From positions 1 through 38,922 of the IMG/VR virus record IMGVR_UViG_3300033508_000234: a stretch of DNA of 38,922 nt. One strand, written 5' to 3'. The DNA is from a virus. Lineage: Duplodnaviria; Caudoviricetes. How positions within the stretch are numbered: the stretch's first letter is position 1; the number at the start of each line of letters is the position of its first letter. The position numbers and the translations under genes are program-made. The notes under the pieces are model-generated. The model was not told the origin of the DNA. It worked only from the letters and a program-made list of their open reading frames with translations, and made no database searches. Positions 34,007 through 38,922 of the stretch are shown one piece after another.

Positions 34007-34861
34007 TTAAGCAAGTTCAAGAACGGTGCGCGCTCCTTCATCAATACTGGTAACCGGAAGTAACCGGATATTGACATCGTCAGCTTCGCGTTCAACTTCT
34101 CGAATATTTCGTTGGGCCGCGGCGTTTTGTTTTTCTCCAATCACCGGGTCATTCATGCGGGGAACGGCAAGCAGTAGCGCAGCATTGGGCCTGAAGGCAG
34201 CTTCCTGGGCGCGGGCTAGTTCCCATAGTCGTGCCCGTGCGTCACGTAAACTGGAAGACTGTTGTACGGGTCGGAGTACGCCAAAGTGAATGACGGCTCG
34301 TTCATTGATGAATCCAAACCGGACCGGTTCGCCATCGGGATAAAATTTTACGGATTTGTTGAAGGATCGGTAGAGATCAGGACGATTGGCGATGACTCGC
34401 TCTCGAACATCGATAGTCCAGTGTCGGACCTGATCTTCCTGGCTTGGCGCATCGCTGTCTTCGGTTTCATCCACAAGATCAACGTTAGCCAGGCTAGAGA
34501 ACATAGTGGCGGCAGTTCTAAGGGCATCATCAATGGAAAGAGGTTGTGTCTTTCGTGCGCGTAGACAGGAGAGCCCCATGGAGGATTCTTCTGATAAGGC
34601 TTCAAGACCGCGATGCTCAGCAATGGTCTTCAGATCAGAAAGCGCAAAATCAATCAGTGCGGCGGGTTTCCCGCTGGTTTTACCATAAAGACTTGAAAGA
34701 ACGTCATTTGGAATAATTCGGTGCGCGGTAATCTTTTCGTCAAATCTGACGATAACCCCCACCATTAGGCGCTCCCCAGTTCCAGATACGGGTTCCCAGA
34801 ATACGGGTACCCATGCGTTTTCTATGGAGTGAGCAAATCTTTCTGTGGTTTTGGAAAGCAT
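34007..34861 (-). CDS. Kinase partner protein, DUF3037-like N-terminus
   Basis: WEP..GTGERLMVGV motif; overlaps the kinase 3' end. Confidence 0.65.
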   Translation of the reverse strand: MLSKTTERFAHSIENAWVPVFWEPVSGTGERLMVGVIVRFDEKITAHRIIPNDVLSSLYGKTSGKPAALIDFALSDLKTIAEHRGLEALSEESSMGLSCLRARKTQPLSIDDALRTAATMFSSLANVDLVDETEDSDAPSQEDQVRHWTIDVRERVIANRPDLYRSFNKSVKFYPDGEPVRFGFINERAVIHFGVLRPVQQSSSLRDARARLWELARAQEAAFRPNAALLLAVPRMNDPVIGEKQNAAAQRNIREVEREADDVNIRLLPVTSIDEGARTVLELA

Positions 34862-35559
34862 GCGATGACCTTATTGGCAAGTTGAGGTAATTGATTCGAC
34901 ACAAAAGTCTCGAATTCTGTTTTATATTCTAGCCAAGTTTCGGGGAGGTCTTCTACTGCATTTTCAATTGTTTCTTGTGCCAAGGTAAAACAAGCTGCAA
35001 CGGCAGACTTCTCAATTTTCTCGTATTTTCCCATAGCAAAAATTAATCCAGCAAGTTTGTTGATGCCATGGGCGCTTGGATTAAGGGATGATGCATGATC
35101 AATATAGCTCCTTGAATCGCCATCCCATAATATATTTCCAAGATTTCGGTCTCGATTAGCAATGGCCTCATCAATAGCAATCACTCGCGGCGTTTCCTCC
35201 CATGTCTTGATGACATCGCCAGCTGCAAGTGCTCGCCTCGCAGACTCGGGTTTCTCCATTTCTTGAGTAATTCCAAACCGCTTCTTAAGGCTGGGATAGC
35301 TGGTGTCAAGGCTGGCAAAAACGTAAGTATTTTCTTCTTCGATAAGCGCGATGGGTGGGGTCGGTATACCCCACCCATCGAGGAGCGCCGAACAAAAACA
35401 CTCAACTGCAGTTTCTTTTGGAGGAAGTCGTTTGATGATCGCCTGGACAGATTTTCCATCATCAAGCCTAACTTTAGCGCGCATTGGCGGAGGGTTGGTT
35501 AACCCATCGTCAATTGGAGTTTCAGTATCGGGTATCAGTTTTGCTCGGCGTACGATCAT
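34822..35559 (-). CDS. HipA-like (PI3/4-kinase fold) protein kinase
   Basis: IIK Lys, AVE Glu, catalytic loop IANRDRNLGNIL and metal-binding IDH. Confidence 0.85.
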   Translation of the reverse strand: MIVRRAKLIPDTETPIDDGLTNPPPMRAKVRLDDGKSVQAIIKRLPPKETAVECFCSALLDGWGIPTPPIALIEEENTYVFASLDTSYPSLKKRFGITQEMEKPESARRALAAGDVIKTWEETPRVIAIDEAIANRDRNLGNILWDGDSRSYIDHASSLNPSAHGINKLAGLIFAMGKYEKIEKSAVAACFTLAQETIENAVEDLPETWLEYKTEFETFVSNQLPQLANKVIACFPKPQKDLLTP

Positions 35560-35918
35560 GATGAGCTGCTTTTCTTTGGGGAGCTACTAAGAATGGACAG
35601 AATGGTTTGCATGACGTGATCTTTCACTTCACGCTCAGAAAGCTCCTTAATTACTTTCTCTGCAAATTGCTCTTCGTTTGGTGGCAGTCCTGAATTATGA
35701 GTTTCGTCAATCCATCCACGTGGTTTTTGGCAACCATCTTCAAGTTTTGCAGCAACAATATCGCCAATTCCTCGCGGGCTATTTCTTTGAACGACTTGGT
35801 TGATAATTTGCGACAAATATTTTTCTGATGTGCCAGATCTCTTGGCTACCTCAGATATTGTTCCAAACTCAGAAACAAGCAGTTTCAAGTTTTGTCTTCG
35901 GATGTCTTTAGGTCTCAT
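35556..35918 (-). CDS. cI: CI-like repressor (HTH only, 120 aa)
   Basis: IRRQNL..L...HTH..YLSQI...IG...A.KLE.....P.GW.D; divergent from cro; ATG 35918. Confidence 0.8.
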   Translation of the reverse strand: MRPKDIRRQNLKLLVSEFGTISEVAKRSGTSEKYLSQIINQVVQRNSPRGIGDIVAAKLEDGCQKPRGWIDETHNSGLPPNEEQFAEKVIKELSEREVKDHVMQTILSILSSSPKKSSSS

Positions 35919-35924
35919 CCTTAA

Positions 35925-35996
35925 AGAGTAGCTATCTGCTTCCATAGTTGGAACAAGCAAATAGCTATTGCTTTTATAAAAGCTATTAGCTACCAT
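35925..35996. promoter_or_regulatory. Divergent PRM/PR switch with operators
   Basis: PR: TTGCTT (35968), N17, TACCAT (35991). PRM on - strand: TTCCAA, N17, TACTCT, ending 6 nt before the cI ATG. AGC-N5-GCT dyads at 35930, 35956 and 35981. Confidence 0.7.
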
Positions 35997-36005
35997 ATGT
36001 TGCAT

Positions 36006-36212
36006 ATGGACCTCCAAACACTCTATCAAACAGACGGCCCGGAAGGGTTAAAGCGCCTTCAGATGGCCGTTGGCGCTAATTACAAGTACCTCTACCAGTG
36101 TGCGACAGGACGAAAAACGCCTAGTCCGAAACTGGCAGTGGCTTTGGTAAATGTCGATTCAAGACTCACCCTAGAAGACATTTACCGTGAATTTCAAATA
36201 GCGGAGGCCTGA
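36006..36212 (+). CDS. cro: Cro-like regulator
   Basis: HTH with YLYQCATGRKTPSPKLA; divergent from cI. Confidence 0.8.
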   Translation: MDLQTLYQTDGPEGLKRLQMAVGANYKYLYQCATGRKTPSPKLAVALVNVDSRLTLEDIYREFQIAEA

Positions 36213-36271
36213 GATGGGAGAATTTGAAGCAGTTCTTCCTCTGTTGAGATCGCCTTGCGGTCGCCTTGCGC

Positions 36272-36544
36272 CTAAGAATTGCCGGTTATTGCACGTACAG
36301 AAGAAAAAAACCGTTCTGCAATGTGCAGCGCGTCTGCTTGAAGCAGTTGCACGTCGATTGCGCACTCTGGATTCATATCTGACGGCACAGCAAGTTTGTA
36401 ACGAAGGTTGTGGAGAAACTCTGCCGTGAATTTTTCTCCTTTGTCTTCCATCCCAGTAAAGATGAATGCGTACATTTGCTCGAGAAGCATGTTTTGTACT
36501 GTCATCCGAGCAAATATTTGCTGGTTGATGTCCTGTTGGTCCAT
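36272..36544 (-). CDS. Hypothetical protein inserted antisense between cro and cII
   Basis: 90 aa ORF with AAGGA RBS; protein-like composition. Confidence 0.5.
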   Translation of the reverse strand: MDQQDINQQIFARMTVQNMLLEQMYAFIFTGMEDKGEKFTAEFLHNLRYKLAVPSDMNPECAIDVQLLQADALHIAERFFSSVRAITGNS

Positions 36545-36661
36545 GAGCCATTCCTTTCGGATAGTTGAGTTGGTCGCACAGCGATTCTACTCGTTTGGAA
36601 TGGCTCTCCATAGTTGCCGTCCCTCCCTCGGCTCCATGCCTATCCCCTTGGGCATGTTCAG

Positions 36662-36700
36662 CGCCTCGCCGTGTTTGCGCATGGTGGGGCGTTCTTTTTT
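36662..36700 (+). terminator. Intrinsic terminator (tR1-like)
   Basis: 12-bp stem CGCCTCGCCGTG/CATGGTGGGGCG (with G-U pairs) followed by TTCTTTTTT. Confidence 0.7.
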
Positions 36701-36781
36701 GTTTTGTGGGTCGGTATTTCATTTCTGCAGTATGCAAGGCCATAAAGTCAATATCTACGTGTGAATCAGGGAGTTATCACC

Positions 36782-37216
36782 ATGAACGTTGAAGATGCAG
36801 CCCATGCCATCGCGCATGAATACGAAGGCGGTTTTGAAACACTGGCGTTGCGTATGGGCATTGGTGCAAAGGTATTTAATGGCAAAGTCAATCCCAACGA
36901 TAAAGGGCACGTGCTTGGCCTGGTTGATTCGTTACGCATGCAGCAGCTCACCGGGCGTTACGACATTCTCTATGCCATGGCAGATACGCTCGGGCACGTA
37001 TGCATCAAGCGCCCTGATGTTGAGTGTGGTGAGGTATCTAAGCTGCTATCAACGTTCTGCGTTGAATTCGGGGATTACATGCGTGAGGTTGATCGCTCAA
37101 TGAGTGATAGAAAGATCACCCCGAATGAAGCCAAGCGATTGCAGAAAGAATTGATCGAGATGATCTGTGCGGCTACTCGATTGAATGCCAGCCTAACCAA
37201 CATGGTGGACGGCTGA
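36782..37216 (+). CDS. cII: CII-family regulatory protein (CP76 type)
   Basis: YEGG...LA.RMG......KVNP and D.KITPNE...L motifs; GGAG RBS. Confidence 0.8.
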   Translation: MNVEDAAHAIAHEYEGGFETLALRMGIGAKVFNGKVNPNDKGHVLGLVDSLRMQQLTGRYDILYAMADTLGHVCIKRPDVECGEVSKLLSTFCVEFGDYMREVDRSMSDRKITPNEAKRLQKELIEMICAATRLNASLTNMVDG

Positions 37217-37217
37217 C

Positions 37218-37424
37218 ATGGACATCATCGACGTTGCCAATGATAGGGCTGATCGTGATCTCAGTATTGCCCTTGCTCAAGCAATGAGACATGAGCCGCC
37301 ATTGCCTGCTGTTGGCCAGTGCTACAACTGCCTTGATTCATTGCCTGATGGTGTGCGCTTCTGTGACTGTGACTGTCGCAACGACTACACCAACCGCAAG
37401 CGCATGGAGTCCATGCGTGGCTGA
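37218..37424 (+). CDS. TraR/DksA-like C4 Zn-finger protein
   Basis: MDIIDVAND and G.CYNC...RFCDCDCRND. Confidence 0.7.
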   Translation: MDIIDVANDRADRDLSIALAQAMRHEPPLPAVGQCYNCLDSLPDGVRFCDCDCRNDYTNRKRMESMRG

Positions 37425-37491
37425 CTCAATCAACCCCGTTCCCCGTGCTGTGACAAGGCATGAGGCAACGGCAAGGACAAACCAGAGTGAA

Positions 37492-37540
37492 GGGTCCTCC
37501 CTGGGCTTTCTACATGCGGGTCATTCGCAGCCCGCGAAAG
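37492..37540 (+). other. Candidate cos site (cosQ-like GGGTCCT + cosN-like dyad)
   Basis: GGGTCCT (identical to lambda cosQ), then 17 nt, then GCGGG-N10-CCCGC; intergenic; the terminase is gpA-type. Confidence 0.55.
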
Positions 37541-37565
37541 CGCTAGGGTGTGGAGTTGAAACATA

Positions 37566-37763
37566 GTGAAAAGCCTCAGAGACGAAATGCCGCTTGTTGC
37601 TGCGTTCATCGATGACTGCCGGGAAGATTTTGGCGCGGTCGAGATCAACGGACAGATCCGCAAAGGATTGGCTGGCGAGTGGTGTTTCTGGGCGAGTGAG
37701 AATGGTCAAGAAATAGGAAGCCGTCCGCGTACTGCGCAGGACTGGCCCAGCGGAGGGAAGTGA
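37566..37763 (+). CDS. Conserved small phage protein
   Basis: MP.VAAFID..RE.FG...F.ASENG..IG; GGAG RBS with GTG start. Confidence 0.65.
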   Translation: MKSLRDEMPLVAAFIDDCREDFGAVEINGQIRKGLAGEWCFWASENGQEIGSRPRTAQDWPSGGK

Positions 37764-38446
37764 TGCAAATTAATTGCAAGGTTCAAGGTATCGATGAGCT
37801 TAGGAGAGTTCTGGCTGGGCAGTCAAAGCAGATTGCCTTCGCCGCCAGCAAGGCATTGAATTCCACGGCCAAGAAGGTAGCCGAGGCCATGCCGGCCGAG
37901 ATCGAGCAGGCGATCAACAAGCCGACGGCGTTCACCAAGCGCGGCGTGCGTGTTTTGGTGTATGCCAATAAATCGAGTCTTACAGCACGCGTCGGTTTCA
38001 TGGATGCCCAGGCCAAGTACATGGCGTATCAGATCGAAGGTGGTACGCGCATGCCTGGCGCCGGTGGGCTGAAATTACCGAGCGCCATCAAGCTCAATGA
38101 ATACGGAAATATCCCACGCGGCCTGATCGCACAACTGGTGTCGGTAGCCAACAAGGAACGCAAGCTGGGCAAGGTCAAGTCGCGCCGGATCGCGGTGAGC
38201 AACAAGGTCGAGCTGTTCTATGGCGACCCGATTGACAGCCGCGGCAAACCTTACCCGCGAGGCATCTACAAGCGCGTCGAGCAGAATGGCCGGCACCAAT
38301 TGATCCCAATCATTGTGTTCCCGAAAACGGCTGCGCATTACAAGGCGCGTTTTGCTTTCTTCGACAAAGCCGTTGCCGTGGTGCAAAAAGAATGGCAGCC
38401 GCAGTTCAATTCGGCACTGGCTGATGCACTGAGGACCGCACGATGA
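37760..38446 (+). CDS. Tail-completion-like protein (gpZ/HK97 gp10-like), displaced from the tail module
   Basis: KQIAFAASKALN.TA, KPT.FT and Q..GGTR motifs; basic. Confidence 0.55.
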   Translation: MMQINCKVQGIDELRRVLAGQSKQIAFAASKALNSTAKKVAEAMPAEIEQAINKPTAFTKRGVRVLVYANKSSLTARVGFMDAQAKYMAYQIEGGTRMPGAGGLKLPSAIKLNEYGNIPRGLIAQLVSVANKERKLGKVKSRRIAVSNKVELFYGDPIDSRGKPYPRGIYKRVEQNGRHQLIPIIVFPKTAAHYKARFAFFDKAVAVVQKEWQPQFNSALADALRTAR

Positions 38447-38922
38447 GCTGGGCGAATTATGACCACGTTGTCGACCAGCTGCAGGCCGGTGGTCTCCTGC
38501 TTAAAGACGGCATCGATGTCGGCACGTCACGCCCAGTTCGCTGTTTTGTAGATGGTGGTGGTCGTGAGAAGCGCGGCTGGTACTGGCTTCACGACATTGA
38601 CCTGACTGACCACGATGGCCAGCGCAAATGCTACATCGTTGGTGCCTGGGGAATCTACCAGGGCAACGACAACGGCAAGACCAAGATCATCCTCAAGCGT
38701 GACGGACCGGCGCTGACTGTTGATGAGCGTGAGGCGATCAAGGCCCGGCACGACGCCAACATGAAACGTGCCAAGGCGATCCGCGCCGAGGAAGCACGCC
38801 GAGCAGCCGATCAGGCCCAACGTGCCTGGCACAAATACACGCCGGAAGGCGAGTCGGCATACCTCAAAAAGAAACTGGTCGGCGCGCATGGCGTGCGCTT
38901 TTCACCTTCGGGCAACGGCACC
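38443..38922 (+). CDS. Primase-helicase 5' part (continues across the circular junction)
   Basis: MSWANYDHVVDQL...EKRGWY; ATGA overlap; no stop before the window end; in frame with 1..2037. Confidence 0.9.
   Translation, partial: MSWANYDHVVDQLQAGGLLLKDGIDVGTSRPVRCFVDGGGREKRGWYWLHDIDLTDHDGQRKCYIVGAWGIYQGNDNGKTKIILKRDGPALTVDEREAIKARHDANMKRAKAIRAEEARRAADQAQRAWHKYTPEGESAYLKKKLVGAHGVRFSPSGNGT
38782..38922 (+). repeat. Terminal direct repeat, copy 2
   Basis: Identical to 1-141. Confidence 0.97.

Larger units (their letters stand above)
1..38922. mobile_element. Complete temperate siphovirus genome (circular, 38,781 bp unique)
   Basis: Full set of replication, packaging, head, tail, lysis, integration and immunity modules. 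Terminal 141-bp direct repeat. The primase ORF continues in frame across the junction. Confidence 0.95.

Noticed and set aside
36171-36792. Overlapping ORFs 36171..36743, 36214..36429, 36408..36764 and 36565..36792
   Set aside because: They conflict with each other, several cross the hairpin/terminator segment, and they lack clear RBSs or motifs.
38527-38889. 120-aa minus-strand ORF
   Set aside because: It is antisense to the primase N-terminus, which the ORF track missed because that gene crosses the window end.
38782-38922. 141-bp terminal repeat as a biological direct terminal repeat
   Set aside because: It falls mid-gene in the primase and its length matches a common assembler k-mer overlap; the gpA-type terminase implies cos ends.

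Overview
The window is an apparently complete, circularly permuted temperate siphovirus genome of 38,781 bp. Bases 1-141 repeat exactly at 38782-38922, which is an assembly overlap. The circle is the excised or virion form, because an intact attP (3' end of a tRNA-Ser gene) lies internally next to the integrase. The host is probably a proteobacterium (inference only). The + strand carries a Toprim/SF3 primase-helicase spanning the junction, an iteron palindrome, lambda gpNu1/gpA-type terminase genes, a Mor-like activator, a lambda-type portal, a fused protease-capsid, a non-contractile tail (with a -1 frameshift chaperone), fibres and a lysis cassette. The - strand carries integrase/xis, HNH genes, a diversity-generating retroelement, Rha, a HipA-like kinase pair and cI. 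cro and cII follow on the + strand. The most notable element is a complete two-target DGR (target2-target1-avd-TR-RT). Its 106-bp TR differs from the two VRs at 15 and 11 positions, all at TR adenines. The targets are small, apparently cytoplasmic C-type-lectin-like (DUF1566-like) early proteins, not the tail fibre. The second candidate system is a cI-coupled HipA-like kinase plus DUF3037-like partner in the lambda rexAB position. All family assignments are from motif recognition by eye; no database searches were run.
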